A model generated the notes under the pieces. That model saw only the letters and a program-made list of their open reading frames with translations. It was not told where the DNA came from and searched no databases. 64,000 nt of DNA from Squalus acanthias (lineage: Eukaryota), in contig CM059432.1 in NCBI GenBank assembly GCA_030390025.1, positions 100,938,001 to 101,002,000 on the forward strand, given 5' to 3'. Shown here piece after piece: positions 25,443-37,984 of this stretch (positions within the stretch are counted from its first letter, which is position 1; each line of letters opens with the position of its first letter). The position numbers were made by a program, and so were the translations under genes.

Positions 25443-25528
25443 ATGTATAATAAATCTTCAGACTCAAACTGTTGTATCTGTCAAATTTGACAGAAACAAC
25501 AGTTTGAGTCTGAAAATTCATTATACAT
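25443..25528. repeat. 86-bp loopless palindrome
   Basis: Centre ctgtcaaa|tttgacag at 25485/25486; 40 of 43 positions pair. Confidence 0.93.
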
Positions 25529-26545
25529 TTCAAACTGTATGGGTTGGATTTTCCTTCACTATACCACCCAAAATTGGGAGATGTAATGGCTGAGGATACA
25601 AAATGGGGCGGGGACGTCTATTGCAGAAAGGAAGCTGGACAGATTTTGCTCATAATTAAGCAAAGCTGACCACTGAAAGCACATTTCTTGTAGTGACCGA
25701 CTTGTTAATCAAGTTATATTTCACAGGTTTTACTGTACTGAGCCTTTGAGTCTCCATATACTGCTTAGTTGTAATGACTGTCACTTAACACCCAGGTATT
25801 GCACCTGAATTTTTAACTTAGTCCACTGAGACAGTGAGGTGTTAAATGGCCACTATTATGATTACGTGGTAAGCCACCATTTTCTGGGATACCACTGATG
25901 TTTTGATTTGGAATGGTGTCAACTGATCCCAATCTTCCAATTTCCCAATGATTTGCATTTTGCAAGTTACACTTTGCTAAGAGCTTCTGCAAGGCTAATT
26001 GATTAAAGTCCTGAGATCAATGGGGTTATATAATCACCATTCATTTCACATTTTGCAGACTTCAACTGCATATCAATCACCATTTAGAAGCAGGACCGCA
26101 GGTATTGGTATTAGTAAGCTAGGCATTTGTTCCAATTTGTAACTATGGGGAAAACAGTTTAGAGAAGGAGCATAAGAAAAGAATGTCCAGGAAGAAATTA
26201 AGCAGTGGGTACTAACTGAATTCCATGATTGCAGAATACAAGGGCCACTGCTCAATCATGAACACAGATCCACAGGTCATCACTTTGTGGCACAAAGCAC
26301 TAAAACTCAAATGATCTGTGCCATCACATCATCCTCCTTTTGACCTTCAGTTTCATTTTCATCTGTTATTGTGCACTACTTTTCCAACTTCAGCCATGCC
26401 ACGTCAATAACATATGACCATAGCAAATGGCCGCCTATGCACCACAAAACATGAAGCAAAAGTATAAATACAAAGTTAAAACCAAAATTTGAAAGGGATT
26501 TCAGATTTCAAATAGAAACGTTTGAAGCTATAAAAACTATATTGT

Positions 26546-28601
26546 GGCCTAGAAATTGGAACCTTTAGCGCCGGCCGTTATGGCTGGTTTTGAAGAAAAA
26601 ATGGCGGCTACCTCGCTTCCGGCGCAGTATGCAGAGTATGTCCAGTCCAGTGAGATGGCTCATGGTGATTACTGCAGAAACACATCAGCAGATTGAATGC
26701 CTGTTCTATACACGTTAGATGCCAGCACTCAACCGGAGCAGGTCAGTGAGTTCTGGCACGTAATGTGTACAGAACAGCATATGGTTACAAACAGTCTGGG
26801 GGACTTGTACTGCATCTAAAGGCCTGATCCATGTGTCAGTTGTGTTACGCAAGACCTACACTTGTACACCAGATTTTCAAATCTTACTAACAAGCGCTTG
26901 CAGTTGTGTCAGTAAACTGGAAATGAAATGATATTTGGGCTTTGTAAATGTTTACTGTTTACTATGGACCAAGTGCTGGAAAATGGGATTAGAATAGATA
27001 GGGCTTGATGGCCAGCGCAGACACGATGGGCCGAAGGGCCTCTTTCTGTGCTGTATAACTCTATGACTCTATTGTTACAAACATCCATATTGAATATGCA
27101 TCCTGTTGCTCTGAAGTAACAGGTGTGTGCTTATCACATTTTCAATTAAAGGAGACCTAACGACTTTTTCCTGTTTCTAAAGGAATTTGTACATCTGCAT
27201 TTACTCGTATCGATATTCAGGATATCCAGTAAACTTTTCACATCTCTTCGTCTATTCAGGGAGGAATCATGGATCACCAATGCCGGCTCTAACATCCAGT
27301 ATTGCAAACAAATCTCCCAATTCCAGTACACCATTGCCCTTTAAATGCTTATCTGAGTACCTTTTAGAGGGATATAATCCTAAAAAGACTTACAGTGAAA
27401 AGCCTCTGTAATAACAAAGCTTATTCACTATGGCCCAGATATTCCGATCCCTATGGGTGGGTACGCGCTGTGTACCCACCCGTAGGGACATCGGAAATGC
27501 CGGTTTCAGGCATGCACAGCGCATGCGCTGAAAACCGGCATTTCCGATCTGTCAAGAATGGTCATGACAGAACCTCCAGCTGCCCTGGAGAAGGGCCTCT
27601 GCAGGCGGATAGTTCCGCTTTTTGGATACCCTCCGCCTGCAGAAAACCCTTACAATTCTTACGCCTGGTAAAAGCAGACGTAAGGCCTGCTTTTACCAGG
27701 ATAAGAGTTCAAAAAAGTAAAAAAATATTTTTTTTCACTGATTTATCATTTAAAAATACTTTTAAAAAAGGTAAGTTTATTTTTAGCCCGGTAAAAAACT
27801 TAATTTTTTTCCCAAAAATTAAATTTTTGTTTAAAATACTTAATTTATTGTAATTTCAAGTCATTTAAAAAATTTGATTTTTTTTAAAATTTATTTAAAG
27901 TTTTACTATGTTTTTGGGGTGATCTCCATTCATATATTTGACAGGTCTTCCTGTCAAATGTATGAAGGGAGATTCCCTTCTGTGATTGGCTCCCCATGGC
28001 CCACGTGATCCCAGGGATGCTGCGAACTACATGCGCCCCTGGGATACGTGGGCCCTGCACACTTCAAGTTTGGAGAGGCCCAGGAGCGGAAGCATGTGCG
28101 TCCCGGGAGCCTTCAGGTAAGGGCGCAGATTTTTCAGATCGCAGGCCTCCGCCCGCGGGAGGCCTGCGATCGGAAAATACGGGCCATTGTATGTGTATTA
28201 AAAGAATAGGTTGCTTTTATTTTTATTCTCGGGAGTAGAATCGGAAATATTGGTTGCATTCTTTAAAATCTGACAGATTAACGTATTTTTAGGCTTTGAT
28301 TCTTCTTGCATACCCTCTCTGTCTACCTACAAAACACGAGAAACATAACCGGAAACACTGCACTTCACTTTAATAAATCATGATTTAGGAACACCGCACA
28401 GATAGATTAGACCCGACCTTCGGCCTCCTGCTGATTTTATCGCCTGAAAGAACGTGTTACATGGGAGGTTCTGCGCTGCGCTCATTTAAATCAGCAAGCA
28501 GCACCAAAATAACGGTGCTGCCTGCGCTCTTTTTACGGGCGGCCATTAACCTTGGCCTGCAGTGGCACAGCCCATTTCAGGCTTAATCGAATTTCTAGGC
28601 C
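26546..28601. mobile_element. TIR element (ggcctagaaatt family) with nested CR1 tail (about 26963-27072) and nested MITE (27432-28185)
   Basis: ggcctagaaatt / aatttctaggcc; both subterminal regions resemble 33596-35091; no clean TSD. Confidence 0.65.
27432..28185. mobile_element. Multi-hairpin TIR element
   Basis: TIRs ggcccagatattccgatc / gatcggaaaatacgggcc; at least six internal inverted repeats around an AT-rich core. Confidence 0.75.
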
Positions 28602-28998
28602 ACAGACTCTTCTCATTATGAATTCCTTTTTAATTTTATACACCACCTGTTAACAGAAAACACAGACAGTTCCCATAAAAAGTGGTCTTTATTTACAGGT
28701 AGTACCTTTACATAGTTGTAAATTAAATTTGTGTCTAAACCAACTGAATCCCTAAATTATTTCCTTCTGAATTGTTACCTTAATGTTGACATATCAAGAA
28801 AGAAACATTCCACCACTTCCCCATTCCTCGTTTCCCTTCAATGCATTCTTCTGCCTTTATGATTTTGCCTCCAGGAATCAAGCAAATTCTTTTTATTACT
28901 GACAACTCTCCAAGTGTGTGTCGCAGCAGTAACTTTGGGAGTAATCTACAATCACTTACAGATCATATTTGGCAAGTTAGGTGATCACTATAGACACT

Positions 28999-30404
28999 TG
29001 CCTGGAATTTGTGGTCGGGATGACGGTGAACTGGCAGCAGTTCGCTCTCATTCCGCCTTTGAAACTGGCTGGAACTTCGGGATTTGGTGCATGAAGTTGC
29101 GGTCTGTCATTAACTGCTCCGACACAGGCTGCACTGTGCTGTGCTGTGCCCCGCCCCACCACCCCTTACAGAGCCGGCAATCAGTGTATTCACCCAAATC
29201 AAGGAAATTGACGAAAACTTCGGCTCTTCCGCAGTAAGTACACTGTTAAATTCCCCACTAAAAGTTAGACCCAAAGGGATTAGGTGTAACTGGGGTTTTG
29301 GCAGTGTTATTACTGCTAAGGGCCTGGAAAACTAATTTTAATTTTGTGCAGTGTGAAATTTGTCCATTTTCATAAAATCTAAAACTTTTAAGAAACTTTT
29401 TTTTTTTAATTTAATTTTTTTTTAAGTTTGTCCATCTTTATTTCAGTTTTGCCTTTCCCCCAATGTGAGAGCCCCAATCTTTGTTTTGCTCTCTCTAACA
29501 TTTTTAAAAAGTTAGGGGTAGAAATTAGGTCGCGCCCCATTTGGGGCGCAAATATCGTCCGGACGCAAATATTAGCGCCTGGCGCTAATTATCGGCACTG
29601 ACGGGAAACTTCACTTTTACCGCCCCGGGAGGTGAGTGGAGCGCTAAATCAGGCGCTGCACACCTCTCTTAAGGCGCAAAGGCCGAGCAGTGAGGCGCTA
29701 ACTCGGAGCGCTGGCGAAGCTCATGTAATGTCAGTCAGCAATGGAACACACACACAATGGCTCGGGCCAGTTCTTAAAGGGGATGGTTAATCTTGCTTTC
29801 CATCCACATCCTGTTCATTGCTGCCTTGAATCTCGGCCTGGAGAGACTTGCACATCAAATGTGCTGGAAAGAACAATGGAGAGCACCAGGCAAAGAGCTC
29901 AGAGTGCAGCTCCCACGGTCTCTGCTAAATCGATACAAGGAATGGCAAATCAAAATGAACCTGCAAAGTGCTGCTCAGTACCCAAAACTCCTTCACACAA
30001 CGTTGAATCTCTCCAGAAGTCTCTCCCTCTCTCTCTCAGAATGCGTAGTTCAAAAATGCCACCAACAATAAAAGACAGGAAGAGGCCCCCTTTAAATAGC
30101 GCCCCCCCCAGCCCCACAGCGATTGATAGCGTTCCAGTCTTCTGGTCGTTGGAAGCGCCAGGCGGTAAGGCAGGGGGCGCCACTCAATTTCCGCTACGGG
30201 GCGCCCCAAGGGCGTTGCACCATGGAATGACGTCACAATCTGCAGTTCGCACAAGGGGATCCCCACTGTACTTCGTTGATTTGAATTAAATGTCGGAAAA
30301 CCCTTGAAGTTCTCGGCACAGAGATTGTGAGATCCTTGTGCGAAGCATACTTTGGGGCCAGCAGCAAACGTCTTTGCTTCACTGTTGACCGCAAATTCCA
30401 GACC
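28999..30404. mobile_element. PIF/Harbinger-like element, TSD ACT, with nested element 29515-30240
   Basis: tgcctggaatttgtggtc / gaccgcaaattccagacc; act on both sides; the left end recurs inverted at about 62655-62801. Confidence 0.75.
29515..30240. mobile_element. Truncated copy of the 11417-12300 element
   Basis: Collinear high similarity (compare ORFs 11643-11975 and 29741-30289); right TIR missing. Confidence 0.88.
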
Positions 30405-30904
30405 ACTATTTTGTGAGAGTTGTATCATAAGATTAGACAAAGTCTGAGGTCACCCACACATTTCATATTTTGCTGCAGAATAAGTCAGTGGGGTCATTTT
30501 GGTTCGATGCTCTTCTTGGTCATCATTGCCAAGTGGTCCTTTGTCATGAAGATATATCTTGCACTTTAAATTCCCAATGAAATGTTGCATGCTTTTGCTC
30601 TGTCTGTAGGAAAATCCATCAGACTCAACAGTTACAGCAGTTGCATTATTTTGTTGGGAACTGGCAATCACATCATTGCTACCTAAAGCTATCTATCACA
30701 TGTCAAATTTACAGAGTGGAGCTCTATAAAATGAACATGTTTATGCCAATTAATTGTCAGACAAGAATAGCCTTCTTCTTATTTCCTTAGAATTAGAAAT
30801 GGTAGCATGACAGCACTGCAAAATAATACAGATTTTACAATTAAATCAGAAGGCATACGAGAGACTTATTTGCATTCGGTATTTTATTGTTTCATGAAAC
30901 CATA

Positions 30905-31640
30905 CCTATGGTACTATTGTTTGTGTTCCTGCTATGCTTTCAATTTTGATTGAGGACATCTCAATGTGATTGTACCCAAAACTCCTTCACACAACGTTGA
31001 ATCTCTCCAGAAGTCTCTCCCTCTCTCTCTCAGAATGCGTAGTTCATGAGATAAACATCAGCACACACTGTGACAACTAGTCTTTATACAGCAACAAGAA
31101 GCGCACACAGTTGTAGAAACTCCTCGGTTATATTTTGGAAAATAGAACATTTTCTTCATGATTCGGCTGAGGAAAACTCTGGGATCTGTCAAAATGAGGA
31201 CAAATTAAAGCTGGCAACATTACCTCAGGCTTCTGTTTATTCTTGGAGAAGCATTTGAGCTTCCTCCACCCACCCTTTCATCTTGGCTGCTGGTACAACA
31301 GAGCAACACCACACCTTAAGTTTATTTTAGCGAATGTAATATGAGAGTTGGAGTATGAGAATTTCTAGATACTCCCTGAATGTTTCAATTATGTATAACT
31401 GGACTGGAGAACAAGTCAATCTGCAAGACGGAAATTATAAACAGAGGTTGACCTGCTGAGTGGTTCTTGAAGTGGTTTTCAATTATAATAAAAATAGTTG
31501 TTACTGAGGAGTTTCTACTGTTGTGCGTGCTTTTTGTTGCTGTATAAAGAAATTCATAGAAAGAAATGTCCCGTGAGGAAAAATTAAGTACATAAAAGAA
31601 AAAAAAAATCAGGCATGAACAGACAACAAAAAGCACCAAT
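30905..31640. repeat. Old long-armed imperfect inverted repeat (probable DNA-transposon relic)
   Basis: 31081-31136 tctttatacagcaacaagaagcgcacacag..tagaaactcctc pairs with about 31491-31550; weaker symmetry extends outward. Confidence 0.7.
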
Positions 31641-32277
31641 AAAAAGGAGAAACTGAACCAATTAAATCATTCCAATATTATATGTTTGAGCTGCTATCTT
31701 GAACTTTTTACACCCAGCTGAAAATTGATGACATAAAACCCCAGAAAAAGCTTATTCATTCTTAAATAACTTATTCTCACTATTAGGGCTGCATCCAGTG
31801 GTGTAAATCCCGTGAAAACCTTCACTCCCATGCCACAAGCCTGTTATTTCATTTGGAATACTTGACTGGAGTGTCAATTATTTTTGCTGACCTTTTTTCT
31901 TACAAATGCCTTGGATATTCCTGAAAAATGCTACACAAATGGTGCAATACCTCCCAGATGCCAGGAGAAGGGATAACAAGGAGCAGGTGCAAAAGATTTT
32001 GTAGAGGGAAAGGCAGCCATAAGTCATTGTTTTTTTCAAAATAACGAGAGACAGGAAGGAATACAATTGAGGTCCTGCAAAGAGAGTTTCAGGAATTAGG
32101 AGACTGATTAACGAGGAGGGCCTCAAGCATAGTACTTCAAGGATTATTCCCAGTACACATGTTAGTCAGTACAGGAATATGGTGTCAATGAGAATGGACT
32201 GGCTTCATTTGGACAAGGCTGAGACCAGTATCACACTAGAAAGAAACTATTGTTTTGAGAGAAGGCAATAAACTAAT

Positions 32278-32609
32278 TTATTTTTGTATTAGTGTTTAAT
32301 TCACTGCCTCCTCTCTTCCAGGAATGCCCACCTTGAAGAAGTTTTGCTCTTCTCTCTGACGGGATTTCCGTTTGTCTCTTTTACCTTGTTCTTAACCTCT
32401 CCTGCCTTCTATCCTAGCACAGACCTTCCCTTTTGTTCTTTCATCCCCTCCCCCCTTTCCCAGCCCCTACACTTGCTTAAAAATCTGTTCCATTTCTGCT
32501 TTTTTCCAGTTCTGACGAAAGGTCATCGACCTGAAACGTTAACTCTGTTTCTCTCTTCACAGATGCTGCCTGACCTGCTGAGTATCTCCAGCATTTTCTG
32601 TTTTTATTT
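32278..32609 (+). mobile_element. Penelope-like pseudo-LTR insertion with 12-bp TSD, nested in an old CR1
   Basis: Flanked by caataaactaat at 32266-32277 and 32610-32621; contains the hammerhead and the shared ttctctc..cagatgctgcctg..ctgctgagt block. Confidence 0.85.
32508..32544 (+). ncRNA. Minimal hammerhead ribozyme (Penelope-type)
   Basis: AGUU-CUGACGA-A-AGGUC-AUC-GACCU-GAAA-CGUU-AACU; all core residues present. Confidence 0.82.
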
Positions 32610-33595
32610 CAATAAACTAATATGGTGGGTTTGGGTGAGGCAAGAAATAAGATAAGGAAGCAGGGAAGAAAGTAAAAATCAGCAAGTAGTGTAGGAAAGA
32701 TAAAAGGGAAAAACCAGGACAATAGCAAAGAGCAGATCAGAGGAGGAGAGTTAAAAGAGTAAGACTGACAAATAAGGTTTCAGCTGTAAGTACATAAATA
32801 TATTCTAAATAAAATTGGTGAGCTGAAGGCACAAATTACTATGGGGATGTTATAATAGCATTAACGGAGATGTGGCTTGGGCTAGAGTAAAGCTTGAGAG
32901 GGATGGGGGGGCGGTGGGGGAAGGGCTGGCAGTATTTATCAAGGATTCCTTTACAGCACTAGAATACAAAGATGATATCGGGGATGGTGCAATAGCTAAA
33001 TCTATTTGGTCAGAGTTAAGGAATGAGAAGAGAACTATTACTTTCTTGGGAGATTATTATAGACACATAACAGAAGAGATGAGACGGAGGAAGAAATATA
33101 TAGACAATTTAGAGAAATATGTAGAAATTACAGGGCCATAATAATGGGCCAATAAGTATCCACAGATAGATTGGGTAAAAGTAATGTAAGTGGAATGAAG
33201 GAGAGGATTCTTACAATGGGGGAGAAATTTATTATAGCCAAGGATTGGGCGCTAACTTTTGAAAAGTTAGAGATTTCAGGTGCTAATGTTTCAAAGTGCC
33301 AGTGGTGGGAGCAGGAATGCTGTCATCCTGATCGAGCGAGCGTTGCACACTCGCTGACGTCACTAACAGATAAGACACTGAATAAACAAAGGGAAACTTT
33401 CAAACAGGACATGATTATAAAGTGGATATATTCTTAAAGCAGTAAATGGGGTGCAACAAAAGCTGGAATTCCTTGGATGAGTTGAGAAATTAAACTTAAA
33501 ATGGGACTTAAACAATAGGCATTTGACAAAACTAGTAATACTAAAGAAATCAAGTAGAATGTAGAAAACATAGTGTGGATGCAAAAAAAGGTTAT

Positions 33596-35091
33596 GGCCT
33601 AGAAATTGGAGGTGTTTGCATTAGTTGTTAAGGCTGGTTTTGTTGAAAAAAATGGCGGCCACCTCACTTCCGGCGGCCGCCATTGCCTGCGCTCACGGCA
33701 AGTATTTTAATTAGCAGGAGTGCGACACCAATCGGCATGCAAGACTGAATTGACGCACACTCATCCATTTTGGCGCTCGCCGCTCCTCTTACCACCCTCT
33801 TCAAAGCATGCCCGTGCATGCAGCCGTTGACAGCGTGGAGAGGTGGGAGAAAGCTGCGGTGAGCTATCAACCATACAGTAAACAACTGCTGGGATAACTG
33901 TTAACTATGGAGAGCTACTGGAGTGCAAACTGCTTCCAATAAGATGCATCAAATCTCCCCCCCGCCCCCGGTCAGTCAAACAGTATAGGAGATAAATACA
34001 TTTAAAATAAACTGAATTGTACTGCAGTAGTAAAAATCTCAGGATAAAATCAAAGCTGCATTTCCTTAAATTTTATGCATTGGGGTTTTCTAGTTTAGCA
34101 ACTGATAAAATGATATGCAAAGTTTGGAAGTCAGCTTTTAAAAGGCTTAACAGCATATTCTCACCAAGGAAGTCTGCTGGGGTTAAAAAATTAATTGAAT
34201 TCTCTTCTCACCATTTACACCAGTAAACTCCTGACTAAGAGCTCATGTTTCCCCTTTTAAAAAAATTATTTCTGTTGAAGTCTCATGCAATGGTTTAAGA
34301 ACATCTGTGCCACAGTCTTATGTAGTGTTTCCAGTCACAGTCCCTCCAGATCTGAGCCTGTGCTTTAAGAGCCACTCACTAGGGAGTGAATCCCCTATAC
34401 GATATGCAGGCTAGTGCACTGTCACTGCTAGCTGCATGACGGTGCATCCCCATCCCCCTCCAGCACCATGGTGGAGCACAAACCTCCACAAAGCAACCAT
34501 GTGGATAAATGATCTGTGGAGCTATGCAGCCAGCGAAGGTGGGAGTACCAGGCAGTCTGGCACCAACGTTCCGTGTAAGCTGTGCGGCCACGAGGTGCTC
34601 CGGGGTCCCGCGAAGCCGGCTTTTAATTAGAAAAACCGCGCATGCGCGATATTTTGAATGGGCCGCGTAGCCCAAAAAAAAATTACAGGGAACATTGACT
34701 GGCACCCATTTGTGGAGCCCACACAAGATCCATGTCTGCGAAAGTAAGAGGGGAGCCGTGGACAAAAAAATGCCTCGTGATGTGCCACAATGCTCCAACC
34801 CTACAAGGGCCATCAGCGGACTCGATGGCAAAACACAGGAGCCGTCACCAAATGATCCGGCACAGCACATTGCCCGAGAACGCCACACTGAGCCTTCAAA
34901 CGTGATCTTTGGACTCCTGCTGAGGTTAGCACCGGAAAGAACGCGTTGCACAACAGGTTCTCCACTCCGCTCGTGTAAATTAGCAGGCAGAACCAAAGTA
35001 CCAGTGCTGCTTGCACTCTTTCTGCAGACCGGTGTTAGCCTTGGCCCACGCTGTTACCGGCAGGTTTCCGGCCTACTCGAATTTCTAGACC
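33596..35091. mobile_element. PIF/Harbinger-like element, TSD TAT
   Basis: ggcctagaaatt / aatttctagacc; tat at 33593-33595 and 35092-35094. Confidence 0.82.
34564..34697. mobile_element. hAT-type MITE, 134 bp, 8-bp TSD
   Basis: TIRs caacgttccgtgtaa / ttacagggaacattg (CA...TG); flanks tctggcac / actggcac (7/8). Confidence 0.8.
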
Positions 35092-35120
35092 TATAAAAGC
35101 TAAGCGGGGTATGAAGGGAG

Positions 35121-35148
35121 ATTCCAGCATCTGCAGTATTTGGCTTTT
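35121..35148 (+). mobile_element. 28-bp extreme 3' stub of the Penelope-like repeat with 12-bp TSD
   Basis: attccagcatctgcagtatttggctttt resembles about 2254-2281; flanked by gtatgaagggag at 35109-35120 and 35149-35160. Confidence 0.7.
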
Positions 35149-35306
35149 GTATGAAGGGAGAGTGACAGGTTAGTGTAAAGAGAAGTAGTAAAGGGTTTTA
35201 TAAACACACATATAAAGTAAAAGAATAGCTAAAGAAAATATAGGGCCAATTAGAGTTTAAAAATGAACTCCTTTCATGGTGTATGTAGAAATGGTGGCGA
35301 TACTAA

Positions 35307-35849
35307 GGGTTGAATTTTCACCGCCCTATCCTGAATTTCCTTCCTCTGCCGGGATGGAAGCAGGCTGCTCCTTCCCTAACCATTGCATGCAAGTGGCAGC
35401 AAAGGGGAAGGGGGCCTAGGTTCCCGGCCCATAACCCTCCAATACATCCCTGTTCTCAACGCTTTCCAGGATCATCAGGTGAACAATGTCCGTAGGCCTG
35501 GATTGGTGATGGGAATGGCTCCATATGCAGCAGAAAGCAGCCGAGGTCCTGGTAGAGGTCTCCTCTTCCTCTGTTCACTTACCTGCTGAAGGTAGAGTCT
35601 TGCTGGAGCCTTCAGTTAATGTGCTGGTCCAGTCTTCAGAGCCTTGTGGCCCATTTAATGTTGCCTTGTGCCTCTTTGGGTGCTGCAGCAGCAGCCCCAC
35701 GGTAGCACTGCCTTTGTTTTCCTGGGGGCCATTGATGGGCTCCCGCTTGTGGAGTCCGCATGAATACATAGTGACCCGCGACCCAGAACACTGGGCCAGG
35801 GTCAGGGTAGTGTCAGGGCATGGTGCGGGGTGGGGGAGAAAACCTGCCC
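35307..35849. mobile_element. PIF/Harbinger-like MITE, TSD TAA
   Basis: gggttgaattttc / gaaaacctgccc; taa on both sides; removing it restores CR1-like EM..ILN...FTED. Confidence 0.75.
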
Positions 35850-37366
35850 TAACCACAAGTGTATACTGCACCTCACCTTTTACTGAAGATTATGGCAGTG
35901 GGAATGAAAGGACACAAATGAAGGAAGTGGTGCAATCTGGTAGGATAACTGTAGATAAGGAAGTAATACTGAAAAGATTGGTCTAATTTAAAGTGGAAAA
36001 GGCAACTGACCCTGACAGCATGCGTTCTAGAATGTTGAGGGAAATGAGGAACAAAATAGCAGAGGCTCTGACTACAATATTTCAAACATGCGTGTATATG
36101 GAAGCTATCCTGGTGGACTGGAGGGTAATGTAACACCTCTGTCAAAAGATGGGACAAAGGGATAAATCAGATTACTATAGACCCAGCAACCTAACACCAT
36201 CTAGAAGTCATAACACGAGACAAATTAATACTCACTTAGAAAGACATGAGTTAATTAAGGACAACCAGCATGGATTTGTAAAAAGCAAGTCGTGTCTGAC
36301 ATTTTACATCCTCCAGTTCTTTGGCACAGTTTCATTTCCCAAGATTTCCAGTTCAACAAAGCAATTAATCAGCACTGAAGCATCATCGGTGCACCAACAA
36401 TTTTTGTACTGCTTTAACTTACACTCACGGCACAATAATTTCAAACAGCACAAAGCCAAATATAAAAACTATGAAACTTACTTTTGAATGTTAGCAAAAT
36501 ACCACTCTCTCCTGACATTAAAATGTATCCAAAATTGAAATGTGTGGAGCTCAGTTGTCCCTGGGTAGAGAGCGATGCTGGGGACATAGGAGGTCAGAAT
36601 GTAGGGTGCATGCCAGAGTTATACCCATTCTAAGTTACATACTAAATTTGGCCTGAACTGGATGCTAGCAGAAGATACAACCATCCCAAAAGTTTGCAAG
36701 TAATACAATAATAAGGGAAAAACACGCTAGAAATTCTGACATTGAAGCAAGAATTGCACCTGAATTAGCTAAAACCGGAAGTAAAGAGCAGGTTACCTGC
36801 ATAGCTGTCAAACCAGTAAGTGTCTGAGTTCACAGGCTTTGACTGCCTACAAACTTTCTGAGATATCAGTTCTGACTGAAGCATTTTGAAAAATATCTTC
36901 TTAGCTGTGCTAAGAAAGGATTCTGCAAGCTGCCCTTCAGCAGTTGCAGGCAGGGAAATGTTTTGTTTTCCACCCTTTTTCCATGGGGTTCACTCTGACC
37001 ATTCCCACACAGGTCCTTATGACTAAGGGAGAACAGGAGCAGGAGTTGGAGAGAAAATGTAATAGGCACGCAGCACACAGCTACACCAAAGGAGAAGACC
37101 AACAAAGAGATACTCTTACACTAAAGTTTGCAGACCATGCGGCTCACTTGAAGATGTATCAGAAGAGATCTGCTTCAGGAGGCAATGGTTCAGCAGGAAG
37201 GAGTAGAAGAAATTGGGAGTAGATTTTCAACCAGCTGCCTGGGTGTAAAACTGGCATTGTGGATCAGCCACACATTATAGAAACGGTGAGACAATTCCAT
37301 TATGGAAATAAAAATCGTGCAGTTTCTATAACGGGTGGCAAGTTGAAAAATCTACGCCTCTGCTTC

Positions 37367-37570
37367 TCATTGTAAATCTTTAGTGATCTTAGCAGCTCTG
37401 GTGAGGTCATTAACTTTTTTGTGCACTGACTGCTTCAGCCACCCATCTCTACTAGAATTTTGGCTGGTCTCTGGCCCTGAGCTCCGACCCCAAACAGCCC
37501 ATTCCTCCTCTCGGAAAACACCCAGGTCAGACTCCATGAAGTTAGCTGCTCTTTTGGCCCTTTCTCCCAT
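37367..37570 (-). pseudogene. Myb/SANT-like DNA-binding domain relic (Harbinger accessory protein type)
   Basis: ERAKRAANFMESDLGV...W...KKVNDLTRAAK resembles the R..R..NF....L...W...KK.NDL pattern of Myb/SANT-like domains. Confidence 0.6.
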
Positions 37571-37984
37571 CCTTCTTGCCCAGGTTGCTTGCTTCCTCCA
37601 GTGCTGTCATTGGTCCTTTAAGCAGGTTTTATATTCTGCTGTTGCACAATGTCCTTGCCTCTCCTGCAACTATATTCTGCCCTGCGCCCCATTTGGCAAC
37701 CATTGAAATTTCAATGCCATTGCAATGATAGCTTAGAGCAATCTGAACTGTTACCATAGCTACAAGATGGGGATTTCACATCTATGCAATTATAGATAAT
37801 AGCAGAAATCTACTTCTATCCTTACAATGAAGGAGGTTATGGTCCCTTGAAAAAATAACCTTCTTGCAATGACATCTCTACCAAAACTTCACTTTTGCAA
37901 CTTTCTCAAAATATCTTTTCAGCTAAGATTATATCACACTCAGGAATCTATCATTCTTCGTCCTCAATAACCCAGATTGGTTGG

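Larger units (their letters stand above)
32060..36300 (+). mobile_element. Very old CR1 (ORF1 end, endonuclease, RT start) fragmented by at least four later insertions
   Basis: LHLDKAET; SIWSELRNEK..TFLGDYYR; YRPSNLT...HLERHELIKDNQHGFVKSKSCLT, in the expected order. Confidence 0.7.

Noticed and set aside
27259..27345. Possible plus-strand exon (tctattcag|GRNHGSPMPALTSSIANKSP)
   Set aside because: No recognisable homology or convincing donor, lies within a TIR element, and is opposite to the host gene.
29741..30289. 182-aa ORF with a paralog at 11643-11975, suggesting a gene family
   Set aside because: Both lie inside the same non-autonomous element, frames diverge at a CT microsatellite, and only a short Myb-like start is recognisable.
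34379..34996. 205-aa minus-strand ORF
   Set aside because: Runs through a nested hAT MITE insertion and has no recognisable domain.
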